64,000 nucleotides of DNA, taken from the NCBI GenBank assembly GCA_951406725.2, contig OX597822.1, forward strand, positions 104,408,001 through 104,472,000, read 5' to 3'. Numbering within the stretch: the stretch's first letter is position 1; every line of letters starts with the position of its first letter. The notes beneath the pieces were generated by a model. It worked only from the letters and a program-made list of their open reading frames with translations. It did not search any database and had not been told where the DNA came from. Shown piece after piece: positions 26,400 to 40,527 of the stretch. This stretch comes from Octopus vulgaris. Taxonomy: Eukaryota. The position numbers and the translations under genes are program-made.

Positions 26400-27830
26400 A
26401 TGCAACTTTTCTTGTCCTTTCTCATTGCAAGAAAAATATGGGTTCCATGTTGGAGCAACGCGCCTTCATTGATTTCTTGATGAAGAAAGTTGCAGGTTGT
26501 TCGAAATCTACAGAGGCTACAGGTTGCATACGGCGATGACGTTACTGAATGCATAAAGAAATCTAAAGAAAGGGAAGCCAATAATGAAGACAAACCACTC
26601 AGTAAGAGACCGTGGAAGCACGTGGCTTAGAGGTTAGGGTGTTGGACTCATGATCGCAGGATTGTGGTTTCGATTCCTGAACCGAGCAACGCGTTGTGTT
26701 CTTGAGCAAAATACTTCAGTTCACATTGCTTCAGTCCACTCAGCCGGCAAAATGAGTAATCTTGCGATGGACCGGTGTTCCGTCCAGGTAAGAAATTTAT
26801 ACATCACGAAACCGAGAAACCGGCCCTTATGAGTCGGCATAATTTGCGATGGTAACTTTACTAGGTAACTTTAGTAAGAGACCATCAGATTTGACGTCTG
26901 ACATGAACTGTCAAGGAGTGTAGGAATTGATTCACGTGGATAGATGAGTCTCAATCTGTGAACTTGTTGCATAAATGGACCGTGGTTACCGTCCATTTGT
27001 GCTACATTGTGACTCAAAAGTGGTGGAAGACTTCGGGAATCGTAAAATGCGTGTTGACATCTGATTTGAAAGAGAGAAGGTTAAAAGTCTGATTTGATGT
27101 GGTGGAGCATTTACAGCCAATGAAGACACGTTTTTTTTCAGTCTAGTGACACGGGAGGAAACGTGGGCGTATCTTAATGACCCAAAAAACGAAAGCTCAG
27201 TCCGTAGAAGGGCGGCACATGTATTCTCAATGTTTAAGAATTTCAAGAGCAAACGATTGTCACAAAAATTCATGGTGGCTATTTTATGGAATAACAAAGG
27301 CGTCATTTGTCCTGATTGTCTGAATTATGGCAATTTTGAGTATAGCGTGTGGTACAATGCGACACTCAAAAAGCGTAGTGAAGCCATTAGGAGGAAGAAA
27401 CCGAACATCGGGGAAGAATCTGAAAACGATCCGCCACCATCATGACAATGAGCGGCCCACACGCACCTTGACAATAAATCAGGAATTCGGAAAACTGGCA
27501 TGGTAAGTGCTCACACGTCCTCCCTAGTACGCTAGATCTGGTGCCATCTGACTTCTAACTGTTCGGTGCGATGATGAACAATACTCGGGGACAGCAATTT
27601 GACGACGGAGACGAAGTGAAAGCAAGTGTGAAGTAGTATACATAACAGTACACACTGGAATTCTTCAAAGAGGATCTGAGAGTTGGATTAAATCGATGGC
27701 GAAAATGCATAGCTTGTGATGCAGAATACGCTGAGCAGTACTTTTGTATTGAGGAAGTGTTACTTTAGAAACTTGTGCAGTTGGAAAGAATACAAAAACC
27801 ATATTCTCTTCTACATTATTTTTGCATAAC
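26400..27830 (+). mobile_element. Decayed mariner transposase (second family) with a nested SINE
   Basis: MLEQRAFIDFL..YGDD (HTH), TREETWAYLNDP, KFMVAILWNNKGVI, HDNERPH, DLVPSDF*LFG, RWRKCIACDAEYAE. Confidence 0.82.
26612..26872 (+). mobile_element. tRNA-derived SINE family D (CORE-like centre)
   Basis: tRNA-like head GTGGCTTAGAGGTTAGGG..GGTTTCGATTCC; CTTGAGCAAAATACTT..CAGTCCACTCAGC; 11-bp TSD agtaagagacc (26601-26611 / 26873-26883). Confidence 0.85.
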
Positions 27831-27925
27831 TCTTGGAGAAAAGCAGTATTTACCAAGCATCTAAACTATTTTATCTCTTGTTAATCTAAGAGAAACATTG
27901 TTATATTTCAAGATGGTCATTTTCC

Positions 27926-28130
27926 TTGCCAAATAAACACACGCACTATATATTCGTACTTCACTTGGTTATTATTGTTTTTATTTTATGTCAATTGTCT
28001 GGAAATCTTTCGTCACACACCTGTGACTTCTTCAGCGACTCTCCATCTCACGTGTCTCCTCCTGTTCTATGTATTACAATATATGTTTCAACACACGATT
28101 TCACTTCAGGAATCTTGCAAAATTGATACA
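27926..28130 (-). mobile_element. Family H3 element with hammerhead-like motif at 27997-28039
   Basis: Minus strand GTCG-CTGAAGA-A-GTCACA-GGTG-TGTGAC-GAAA-GATT-TC-CAGAC; homologous to 47264-47660. Confidence 0.65.
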
Positions 28131-29420
28131 CAAACGTAAGAAGAAACATTTTCCTTAGAAATATGAATTTCAAATTTAAATTAAAAGAGTGCGTTTGAAA
28201 AGCGAAATAGCCGATTACATTGAACCATGTATATTACTTCTACCTTCTTTATGAAGTCCGCTTTCAATTTGAGTTAAATCAAGCCTAAATGGACGTACAC
28301 TGACAAAACCTGAACTGAAAAGTCAATTCTCATAGAGTTCTGATACATAGTATTATTCTTTGACGAAATAAGAAGACCACTTTTGAAAACGAGGTAGCAA
28401 ATCAATCATATGTACTACTAGGACTTATGTTATCGGTACTGTAAGGGGAAAACATAAAGTCAACGCTGGAAGAATTCGAACTGAGGCATTAAAGGAATGA
28501 AATTAATACAATAGGTATTTATTTTAATCTGATTTTTTCTGTTTTCCTTTCTTCCGATTCCCTGCCTTTTATGACTGCACGTACGTTGATAAAGTCGGAC
28601 ACAAACATACACATAGCTAAATTGATAAATAGTTAAGTAACTCGAAGCATTAGACGGACACTAATTGGATTTAGCGCATGATTGGTCTCTACTAAAATGA
28701 CATCAATTCCCAGTTCAGCTCAAATTAATCAAAGATTTAACACTGATTGCATTTAATGGGGGGTTTTTTTTTTTGAAAAGCAAACTTTATGCTTGGATTG
28801 AAAACAAACACTGACTTTGACAAGACAATAGGGAAGGGAAAAATGCTACACGAAAATATGTGTATATGCAGAAACGACAAAAAAATAATATGAAATACGC
28901 AGAACAACAATAATGATAATTGACACAAATGCATAAATAATAATAATATTCTCTGTTGTAAATTCAATCCGCGACCAATATATTTATTGATTGATATTTA
29001 CATTAGTAGTAAAAACAGAAATACTTACTGGGTGTGCAACTTGCACTTCTTTGTTGAGTGAGTAAGTAAACACGGTGAGATGAGAATATACTAGTTTGTG
29101 AACTTGATTTCCAGTTATTATTAAACATATGTGTTGCCATGGTGAATTGCGCACACTTGAAACAACATGGCGAAATTTATTGACTATATTTTGCTGCAAA
29201 TTGCGATAAAGCTCACGGGGAATCAATATATTTCGATTTGTTTCCGCGTCATACCTTTAAGTAATTACAACACCAGACATTTTTTAAATCTATGATTTAT
29301 TTACACCGTTGATGAGTTAAGTGCATAAAAACTGTTGAAGAAAGGCAAAACAAATCTACCAGTTTTATGTCGAAATAATAAAGGATATCAAATTGCACAT
29401 TTATTTTATAAACAGGCATA

Positions 29421-29804
29421 TCTCTCTCTATATAAACGGCAGTTTGTCTGTGCGTGTTTCTGTGTGTCTGTCAGGTTGTACCCTCACTCTGACCACGGCT
29501 TTCAACCGATTCTGATGAAACTTGACACACACATAGCCCAATGTCATAATTCAAAACTAACGCAGCGAAAATTTTGAAAAGTTCCCCCAGTTCTGAAAAA
29601 AATCGATAAATTCGACATGGGGTCGAGAATTAGAAACCCAAACCACAGACCGTCTAGGGGACGCAACTCTACCTTTTTTAACTCTCAAAAAAATTTACCA
29701 TCATTTTTTTTCCATTTTTTTGCTATTTTTTGGCTATAACTCTCTAAAAATGCTTTATAGTTATTTCCCTTACAAACCTGAGCAACGCCGGGCGATACTG
29801 CTAG
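29421..29804 (+). mobile_element. Non-autonomous Helitron
   Basis: A|TC 5' end, 3' hairpin CCTGAGCAACGCCGGG plus CTAG|T, no TSD; near-identical inverted copy at 40528-40909. Confidence 0.9.
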
Positions 29805-30104
29805 TTTATATATATCGTTAGTTAATATATCAAATAAATCAAATAAATCAAATGTTTGTATTTTTTAAAACATCATGATTTCCATATCAAATCCTACTCG
29901 GTTTGAACGCATTTCATCCCTCGTGGATCAATAAAATAATAATCGTTATTGTATTGGAGGAATTTAACCATCAATTTTTTACTTTTCTTCTCTACAATTT
30001 GTGGTCTGTGTCAAAGTTTTATAAACCCACACATACACACACGCACACGCAAACACAGAGATATATATGCACGCATACATACATGTATACATACATAGAT
30101 ACAC

Positions 30105-30153
<49 letters not shown>

Positions 30154-30290
30154 CAAGCAATCTGAAAGTTCGAAGTCACTGTCAACCTTTATTTTTCATA
30201 CTAAAAGCCTTCAAACTTTATACTAAAAACTAATGAGCAATCTTTCGGTTTAATGTTAAGTTGTGTTTTATGACTTGACATCAAACACAA

Positions 30291-30375
<85 letters not shown>

Positions 30376-32133
30376 CACACACACGAATACACACACACAC
30401 ACGCACACAGACGCACGTATGCACACACGGACACACTCACGCCGGCACACCACCAACGTATGTTCAAACCAGACTTGATAGAGTTAAGGCATTATGAATC
30501 CAAATTCTGCTGGCGTCGTTCACTCGCTCTTCCGTATACATATCTTACAACCTTTCGTATACTAAGGCTAACACAGGTAACTACCTGTAATATTTTAGCT
30601 TCATTTCATTCATCTATATTCATATCTCTCCTAATTAGTAATCTGTGTCAAATCTAAAACGAAATTAATGTGTTGAAGGCGTGACTATAAGATGTAATGT
30701 TTCAGTAATATTTAATCTATTTTGTCTCAAAATTAGTAATTTTTTCGTGTCTTTCATTGAGATTGCTTTTTAATTTAATCTAACCTCTACTAATATCTAG
30801 AATGGACCCCATAACAACCCTCCCACAACGGAAAAGAAAAGAAAGCTGTGATGGTGCAAAGATTATTCGGCAAATAACTATGAAAGAAGGATGGACAGAG
30901 GAAAAGATGGATAGAATAGCTTAAAGAAACGAATGGGCAAGTCGTTAGCGGAGGCCCGGTTCATGATACAATAGCGATAGATGGAGAAAACAGGTTTACA
31001 GTTTGTCACAATATGGACGACGCAATCACTAGAACAAAACCGAGAGAGGACGACATGACGTGAGTAGAGATATTCATTAACAGGTGATCAGATTGTTGGC
31101 TTTTGGGTGTCGGGAGTGGGAATTCTGGCGTTTATATCATTTTCGTATTAATGCGAAGCAGCTACAATAAGAAATATAGAATCTTATCCATATTTATTTT
31201 CTGTGGTTCTTAGTATGTTGGTCTCTAATTTTATAACTAGTTGGAGTCTCATAATAAAATAATTTGAATTAACTTTTTTTAAACTTAAAAAATGAGTATC
31301 ATTAAAAAAGTCAAAATGTTAATACTTATTGCGTTATGGGAGTATTTTGAAGTCGAGACATAAATTTAATATTAATTTAGTGAATAGCGGTCTATTAATG
31401 AGAATTAGTCAGATGTTAGCTTTCTGGTAATGAGAAATATTCAGGTGTTTGATCCTAGTCTGGCAATTAGTATTACCTGTGAGGCAGTTCTGTATTTGTT
31501 TTATTATTTTATGAGTTGAGCTTGCAGCAGAGTCAACATTAGAAAATATAATTGATCATCTATTGTAATGGATAAAAGTACATAGAAATAAAAAAATAAG
31601 GCTGAGCAAGTAAAATAACAAAAAAGTATTGTTCTGCAGTTCTGCATATATAACGACGACAAACAGCCAATCAGAAAAGTTGATTGAGAAAACATGAAAT
31701 GTTTCATCTGGTAGGACCACACTCATCGACTTGTCACGAAGCACAAATGTATAATTAACACCATTTCAATGCTTAGTAGTAAAGTATGTGTGTGTTACGT
31801 GTAAAAAGTGTTGGTTTTAGTCGTCGTGTGTTGTTTCGTATCCTGTTGCATCATGTCCTGAGGTGAAGTGCTGAAGTACTTATACGCTGATGTTAGCATC
31901 TCCCCGTGTAATTAAAACGGATATAAGTCATGCGAAAGAGTCAGTATGCAATAATCCACAGTATGCTATTGGAAATATCGATGAACACACATATGGCTAC
32001 TTTACTGATACTTTTCATCTACGCTAATGTAAAATTGTACTGCCTACGTTAGTATGTCTCCTAAACCATACACGAAATAAATAAGTGCTGAGACTATCAG
32101 GGTCTAAAATACGAGTTGACTTGAAAAATAATG

Positions 32134-32172
<39 letters not shown>

Positions 32173-32586
32173 AAATAATCTATGAATAGCTCTATCAGCT
32201 TCGAACTTCGATCAGATATCCTTAATATATGTAAATGAACTCAGATACCATTCACAAATTACAACAAAATCTTGATTGAATATGTTGATAGTAATAATTA
32301 ATTCCGCTGCTGATTGGTATCACAGATAGATTTGTTAAAGCGGCTTAAAACATATAATTAATAGAGAAAATTTTTTATGTGGATGTCTTCAAGAATGAGG
32401 GTAATAACATAGGAATTATCTAATGAGTAGGGGTATTCACTTAAAAACGGAATCGTTAGAATACCTGTATTATTGGACGTGTGTACTAAGGGGTTCTTAT
32501 CCAGAAGCAACTGCCTAAAATAACGTTCGTTGTTCATGCGCTGCGTGAAAGTAAAGAGTTTAGATACAAAATGTAACAAAACAGAA

Positions 32587-33245
32587 GGCGGCGAGCTGGC
32601 AGAAACGTTAGCACGCCGGACGAAATGCTTAGCGGTATTTCGTCTGCGTTACGTTGTGAGTTCAAATTCCGCCGAGGTCGACTTTGCCTTTCATCCTTTC
32701 GGGGTCGATAAATTAAGTACCAGTCACGCACTGGGGTCGATGTAATCGACTTAATACCTATGTCTGTCCTTGTTTGTCCCCTCTGTGTTTAGCCCCTTGT
32801 GGGTAATAAAGAAATAGGTATTTCGTCTGCCGCTACGTTCTGAGTTCAAATTCCTCCGAGGTCAACTTTGCCTTTCATCCTTTCAGGGTCGATTAAATAA
32901 GTACCAGTTACGCCCTGGAGTCGATATAATCGACTTAATCCGTTTGTATGTCCTTGGTTTTCCTCTCAGTGTTTAGCCCCTTGTGGGTAGTAAAGAAATA
33001 GGTATTATAAGGCGGTGAGCTGGCAGAATCGTTAGCACGCCAGGCGAAATGCTTAACAGTATTTCGTCTGCCGTTACGTTCTGAGTTCAAATTACGCCGA
33101 GGTCGACTTTGCCTTTCATCCTTTCGGAGTCGATCAAATAAGTACCAGTTACGCACTGGGGTCGATATAATCGACTTAATCCGTTTGTCTGTCCTTGTTT
33201 GTCCCCTCTGTGTGTATCCCCTTATGGGCAGTAAAGAAATAAGAA
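32587..33245 (+). mobile_element. SINE family A composite (dimer plus a second full head-containing copy from ~33011)
   Basis: Outer TSD acaaaatgtaacaaaac at 32566-32582 and 33246-33262. Confidence 0.9.
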
Positions 33246-33643
33246 ACAAAATGTAACAAAACGCCCCCCACCACATGCATACATAACTACGCATGTGTAC
33301 TAGCTTCTTTTTTAAGTTAAGAATTCATCCGGATGTAAGTTCGAATGTTAGGATTTCTGACAGACCTCTGTGTAAACATTATTTGTATGCCCGCTTCAGT
33401 TACAGTAGAAATGCACAGCTGGTCTACAATATTAGTATTATTTTCAGATAATAACTCAGTTCACTCTTTTGAAATCCACGATTAGATATTCGAGATGCAG
33501 TTATCTTTACTTCTAAGCACGCCAACTCCGATTCGTCGTCATCAGCTCAGTTTCTTTCTTCCTTTCTTCGCTATTTTGTTTGCATAAAGTAAGGGAACGA
33601 AGTATACGAGATGTATTAACATTAACATTAACTTCTTCTTCTT

Positions 33644-33676
<33 letters not shown>

Positions 33677-33880
33677 GCTGGCAGAATCGTTAGCCCGCCA
33701 GGTGAAATACTTCACGGCATTTCGCCCATCTTTACGGTCTGAGTTCAAATTCAGCTGATGTCGACATTGTCTTTCATCCTTACGGGGTCGATAAGTTATG
33801 TACCAGTGAAACACTGGGGTCGACGTAATCAACTAGGGCCCTCTCGCAAAATTTTAGGCCTTGTGCCTTTAGTAGAAAGT
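33677..33880 (+). mobile_element. SINE family A variant with alternative 3' tail
   Basis: Family A head and centre, then GGCCTTGTGCCTTTAGTAGAAAG-(ATC)n. Confidence 0.75.
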
Positions 33881-33904
33881 ATCATCATCATCATCATCAT
33901 CATT

Positions 33905-35470
33905 TCTCTTTATCACAGGTTTTGTTGGAGCTCATGAATTCTTACTTGCGTAGAGGGCTTGCGACCTGCAGCCTACGCTACAGTGCTATCCATTCTTTTC
34001 AGCTTTCTTATACTTCCATCATTATTCTGGCCGTACCAAAGATGCAAACCTTTTGTATCAGTTCTACTGGGCACTCTATTCCAATTTCCTTTATATTCCT
34101 CTTGATACCCTCTGATACTGTTCCCAAGGACCCAAAATAATTCCTTCATTTTCCATAGCTGTGCTATTGTGTATTTAAGAGGGGTGTATTTATCTGTCTT
34201 TTGGCCTTTCTTCATAACTATTCGTGGGTCAAAGGGGCATATAACATCAATTATATAGCATATGTAGTGCATCATGTCCATCACCGCTAGGTCCGATCTG
34301 TTAAGCTCTAGCACCTGATCCGTTTGGAATGGGAAATCCCAGAGGATTTTAGTATTCTCCAACTCCGCCACACTGCAGTTTGTGCTCATACCACGTCTTG
34401 CCTCTCTCTAGCCCCCATTTTTCGCGCAGTTTCCAATTCAGCCGTTTCGCTACCTAATCGTGTTGCTACAACTTGTAGTGGTTTTGGGCAAGTCTAGGGC
34501 ATTCGTTCGTGATATGGGCAATTGTTTCCGCCACTCGATTGCAGATGTGGCACAGCGGAGACACTTGCTTATGGTGCTCTCGGTCTCTTTTTTTAGTATT
34601 CCTTTCACCAGTCAATCTCACCTACTTTTTTCAAGCAAATTCTGTTGTGGCTGCATGGCATTGATTGTATCGTGCCTTCTTGCATAATTCTTCTTCATGT
34701 TCGCTTTGCACTTCTTTTGTTTTTCTATGTTTCATTGTTTTCAATACTCCCTTTTTCCTAACTGACACTAGCAAGATTTCCTTACTTTGGACTAGGTATC
34801 TCATTAAGCTCTGGAGTTCGATATGCACGCAGTCTTCCATACTTATCAGTCCTCTATCTGCCTTTGCTCTCTTCATTTATGGAAGATCAGTGTCTGCACG
34901 TGGATGATGGGCTCCACGCATTGTTAGAAGCTTTCTTGACTGTCCATCTCCTTTAGTTCCTCCTCTGTCTACTTCAGGATTCCAGCGCCATACCGAATTA
35001 CTAGGACTGCGCGCGAATTTATTGCCGAAATTATGTTTCTAGCATTCAGCTTCGAAGCCAATATTTTTCTTACTCGTCGAAGGTACACTCATTTTGTCTT
35101 TTCCTTCCTGTCATTGTGCTTGATTCTATCTGCCCCAAGTATTCCCAGTTATTTATAGCTGGATTGAAGTTGAATTGCCTTCATCAATCCACCACTTGGC
35201 AAACTTATGCCTTCTTTTCTGAAAAAAAAAAACTTCCACATCTCATCACCATCGTAGCACATTTTTCAGAGTCCAAACACCATCTTAATATCATTGGAGA
35301 AAATCCGCACAGACTGGACTAGGCTGTCCAGTTCTTCCTCAGTTTTTGTGAATAGCTTCAGGTCGTCCTTGAATAACAAGTGGTTGTTTCCCTTTACTTC
35401 TTCCCAGATCATACCCCAACTGTGCTAGTATATCACTCAAGGGGATTCTTCCCAGCACGAAGCTCAGCAC
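33905..35470 (-). mobile_element. 5'-truncated, decayed R4/Dong-like RLE retrotransposon (RT, CCHC and restriction-like endonuclease)
   Basis: NHLLFKDDLKLF..LVQSVRIFSNDI (RT); CHICNRVAETIAHITNECP (CCHC); KILWDFPFQTDQVLELNRSDLAV..IIDVICPFD..K..KY (RLE). Confidence 0.88.
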
Positions 35471-35659
35471 ACTCACACAAACGCACACACACACAACACA
35501 CACAACACACACACACACACACACACAAATATATATGAAATATGAGAAAGATAGATGCAGAGAGACAATGAAAGAGAGAGAATAGAGAGATAAAAATTGA
35601 AGGTAATATATATTTTCTTATTGAATACAAAAATGAAATAAATGAGTGGAAATTTGGTT

Positions 35660-37473
35660 AGATAGGACAAACATACCTGTTATACGTATAAGAATACAAC
35701 CATAAAGAGAGTTGGGTAAATGTATGAACGATACAGTGGCTAGGGCAGCGGACTCGCGGTTTCGATTCCCAGACCGGGCGTTGTGAGCGTTTATTGAGCG
35801 AAAACACCTAAAAGCTCCACGAGGCTCCGGCAGGGGATGGTGGTGATCCCTGCTGTACTCTTTCACCACAACTTTCTCTCACTCCTACTTCCTGTTTCTG
35901 TTGTACCTGTATTTCAAGGGGCCGGCCTTGTCACTCTCTGTGTCACGCTGAATATCCCCGAGAACTACGTTAAGGGTACACGTGTCTGTGGAGTGCTCAG
36001 CCACTTACACGTTAATTTCACGAGCAGGCTGTTCCGTTGATTCGGATCAACCGGAACCCTCATCGTCGTAACCGACGGAGTGCTTCCATCCCAGATAGGA
36101 CAAACATACCTGTTATACGTATAAGAATACAACCATAAAGAGAGTTGGGTAAATGTATGAACGATACAGTGGCTAGGGCAGTGGACTCGCGGTTTCGATT
36201 CCCAGACCGGGCGTTGTGAGCGTTTATTGAGCGAAAACACCTAAAAGCTCCACGAGGCTCCGGCAGGGGATGGTGGTGATCCCTGCTGTACTCTTTCACC
36301 ACAACTTTCTCTCACTCTTACTTCCTGTTTCTGTTGTACCTGTATTTCAAAAGGGCCGGCCTTGTCACTCTCTGTGTCACGCTGAATATCCCCGAGAACT
36401 ACGTTAAGGGTACACGTGTCTGTGGAGTGCTCAGCCACTTACACGTTAATTTCACGAGCAGGCTGTTCCGTTGATTCGGATCAACCGGAACCCTCATCGT
36501 CGTAACCGACGGAGTGCTTCCATCCCAGATAGGACAAACATACCTGTTATACGTATAAGAATACAACCATAAAGAGAGTTGGGTAAATGTATGAACGATA
36601 CAGTGGCTAGGGCAGTGGACTCGCGGTTTCGATTCCCAGACCGGGCGTTGTGAGCGTTTATTGAGCGAAAACACCTAAAAGCTCCACGAGGCTCCGGCAG
36701 GGGATGGTGGTGATCCCTGCTGTACTCTTTCACCACAACTTTCTCTCACTCTTACTTCCTGTTTCTGTTGTACCTGTATTTCAAAAGGGCCGGCCTTGTC
36801 ACTCTCTGTGTCACGCTGAATATCCCCGAGAACTACGTTAAGGGTACACGTGTCTGTGGAGTGCTCAGCCACTTACACGTTAATTTCACGAGCAGGCTGT
36901 TCCGTTGATTCGGATCAACCGGAACCCTCATCGTCGTAACCGACGGAGTGCTTCCATCCCAGATAGGACAAACATACCTGTTATACGTATAAGAATACAA
37001 CCATAAAGAGAGTTGGGTAAATGTATGAACGATACAGTGGCTAGGGCAGTGGACTCGCGGTTTCGATTCCCAGACCGGGCGTTGTGAGCGTTTATTGAGC
37101 GAAAACACCTAAAAGCTCCACGAGGCTCCGGCAGGGGATGGTGGTGATCCCTGCTGTACTCTTTCACCACAACTTTCTCTCACTCTTACTTCCTGTTTCT
37201 GTTGTACCTGTATTTCAAAAGGGCCGGCCTTGTCACTCTCTGTGTCACGCTGAATATCCCCGAGAACTACGTTAAGGGTACACGTGTCTGTGGAGTGCTC
37301 AGCCACTTACACGTTAATTTCACGAGCAGGCTGTTCCGTTGATTCGGATCAACCGGAACCCTCATCGTCGTAACCGACGGAGTGCTTCCATCCCAGATAG
37401 GACAAACATACCTGTTATACGTATAAGAATACAATCATAAAGAGAGTTGGGTAAATGTATGAACGATACAGTG
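35660..37473 (+). repeat. 434-bp tandem array: four SINE C bodies alternating with five copies of a 79-bp flank
   Basis: Units start at 35660, 36093, 36527, 36961, 37395 (433/434 period). Confidence 0.95.
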
Positions 37474-38000
37474 TACAATAAAATACGCGTTATTATTTCA
37501 TACGAAAGAAAGAACGTAACTTGTTGCCAGTTAAAATAATAAGTTTATCAGCTTAGAAGATTGAGATTATTATTGTTAAAGTATATTTCGTATTGTTTAC
37601 AAAGATGTTATAGGCTTGCCAACTTCAATAATTATAAATTAGTTTGATGTTCTTATGCAATAAAAATGAAACATCTCGGTAATATATCCTGTCAAGGATA
37701 TCACTAAGCCTCGTCGTATTTCTCTTAATAATCAACAGATTGTGTTTGATGAACGAGATTACAAAATCAACAATCTCGTTCTTGAGATTTATTGTCGTTA
37801 ATCAAGATTTGTCAGTCATGCTCAAATCTAAAATTCAGATTGAAAATAAGCTGGTATGAATAATGAATTATAATATGCGTCGTGATTAATACAAAAGAAA
37901 AGATTAAAATAATGATAAGTTCTTGAATAGTTTTCATATGTATATATGCATGTATGTGTATATGTAGGTATATATGTAAGTCTATCTTTCTCTCTCACAG

Positions 38001-38106
<106 letters not shown>

Positions 38107-38594
38107 GCTGTATGCCTATATTTTGTAAATTCAATGTAAGACATTCATTAATTTCTTTTGATATTCATAAATAAGTCTGCTCTAATAGATCTACTATTTA
38201 CATACACCGATGAAAAATGACACATACATTCATGTATGCAGACGTACTAATTTCTTCTTTTCTCTCTGTCTGTCTGTATGTATGCATGTATATATGTATG
38301 TGTGTGTCTATACATGTATGTATGTATGTATGTATGTATGTATGTATGTATGTATGTATGTATGTATGTATGTATGTATGTATGTATGTATGTATGTATG
38401 TATCTCTCTCTCTCTCCCTCTATCTATCTATCTATCAATTTATTTATCTACCATCTATTAAAGAATTGCTGTATCGAATGAGATAGCATAACAGTTAACC
38501 AATGCTTCGAACTCCATGGAATTCATTGAATATCCAAAGATTATGTAATTTGCGATGTTACAATAAAAATCATAGGCTGTTTTCATCTGCTCTC

Positions 38595-38650
<56 letters not shown>

Positions 38651-38759
38651 GTGTGTGTATGTGTGTGTGCCTCCGTGTGTATGTGTCCATCTATATATAT
38701 GTGTGTGTGTATCTATATCTACCTATCTATCTAACTATCTATCTATAAAGTTATGTATA

Positions 38760-38806
<47 letters not shown>

Positions 38807-39721
38807 ATGTATGTATGTATGTATGTATGTATGTATGTATGTATGTATGTATGTATGTATGTATAAATCGCTGAAGAATCATTTGTGAAGTGATAAATAA
38901 TTCCTTCTTAACAATGAAATCTGGAAACAGATATTAGATTAAGAAGTGCGTAGAAATGATATTATTTATCCCACAATCTAGAACGATAAATGAAGTCGAT
39001 TTCTTGAATTTTTTTCTTCTTCTGATTAAAGATATCAAGGAAACTTATCGATTTCAGCAAATAGAGGAATTGAAATCTGTGATGCTTCTTACTTTCGCAG
39101 TGCATTGGTATGGTAGCCTATAGGTGTAACAATAAACATAAGCTAGATAACATAGTACTAGATGTTAAATAACGATATACTATATACATATAATTTTTTT
39201 CTGGTGGCAAGCTAGCAGAATCCTTAGCACCCGGACGAAATGTTTTGATGCTTTTTCGTCCGTTTTTACATACAATGTTCAAATTCCGGCAGTAAAATAA
39301 CTACTACTGGAATACTGGGCCGATGTAATCCACTTATCTCCTCACACGAACTTGCAGGCTTTGTACGAACATTTGAAATCTATATTTTTTCTGGTTTTCT
39401 TTCAGTGTATCTAAATCAAGTAATCTTGTTCCTGATTATTTGTCTGTATTTTGTACCCAAAGGAAGAATTCAGCACTGGAAGCTAAGTAAACAGTATTTG
39501 ATTATTGGAGTTCGTAAATTTGGATGTTTCTATGCCGTTGGAGAGGAAGGGAATACCAAAGTTTCGGCTCTCAATTCGTATATATATATATAAATATATA
39601 CGTGTAATATGGTACTCTGTGTCTCTGTGTTTGTTTGTTTGTCTGTCTGCCTGTCTCTATACATACATACATACATACATACATACATACATACATACAT
39701 ACATACATACATACATACATA

Positions 39722-39760
39722 CATGGCCGCAGCTCTGAGCTGAAACTAGAAAAAAAACAA
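39722..39760 (+). mobile_element. Extremely truncated LINE 3' tail inside (CATA)n
   Basis: CATGGCCGCAGCTCTGAGCTGAAACTAGAAAAAAA matches the tail at 9290-9325. Confidence 0.7.
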
Positions 39761-39849
39761 CATAAATACATACATACATACATACATACATACATACATA
39801 CATACATACACACACACATATATGTACACACACACAAACACATATATAT

Positions 39850-40035
39850 TAAATGCTCGAAATACGAGAGTAGAAAAACAGCCAACAACTGAGGAGGGGT
39901 CGTTCTTTTTGTTGTTTGTTTTGTTTTCCATTTGTGTCTTTCGTTGTTCGAAAGAATAGTTCATATTCCATGTTCGCGTGCTTCGTACTTCTTTGTTGTA
40001 CACCTTTCGTGACGTCCCGTGCCCACATACGCATA
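39850..40035 (+). mobile_element. Family H2 element
   Basis: GCTC-GAAA...CTGAGGA-GGGG, T-rich body, GTGACGTCCCGT end near (TA)n, as in the minus-strand copy at 12862-13090. Confidence 0.45.
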
Positions 40036-40228
40036 TATATGTATATATACATATAGATGTAGGTATGTACATATACGTATGTATATATCCATATGTATAT
40101 ATTATTTATATTAAACACACAGACACGCGCACACATACATACACACACACAGACACACACACACACACTCATATAATGATACTCTCGCGGGCTCTGTATT
40201 TAGAATGAATGTCAAATCTTGAATTAAT

Positions 40229-40417
40229 GATTTCAAATTTCAAAATTTCTGAGGAAGGAGAAAGTCAATTACATAATTTCCCGTGCTCAAAGGCTACTTA
40301 TTTTATCGACCCGGAAAGAATGAGAGGCAAAGTCGACCTCGGCAGAATTTGAACTCAGAATGTAAAGACGGACGAAATATCGCAAAGCGGGCTAACGATT
40401 CTGCCAGCTCACCGCCT
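40229..40417 (-). mobile_element. SINE family A variant
   Basis: TSD aaatcttgaattaat at 40214 and 40419. Confidence 0.8.
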
Positions 40418-40527
40418 AAAATCTTGAATTAATAACAATAAATCTCAGGGATAAGAGTTCCCTCAATTCCATTTCTTCGGAGACGTGGCACATATGAGGT
40501 ACGTATTATTTCTGTTTTATTACTACA

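Noticed and set aside
35660-37473. CRISPR-like repeat/spacer alternation and repeated 65-91 aa ORFs
   Set aside because: The intervening units are near-identical SINE copies, there are no cas genes, and the context is eukaryotic
38866-38905. CTGAAGA-ATCA..TGAT-AAA
   Set aside because: Lacks the G of GAAA and stem I; plausible by chance
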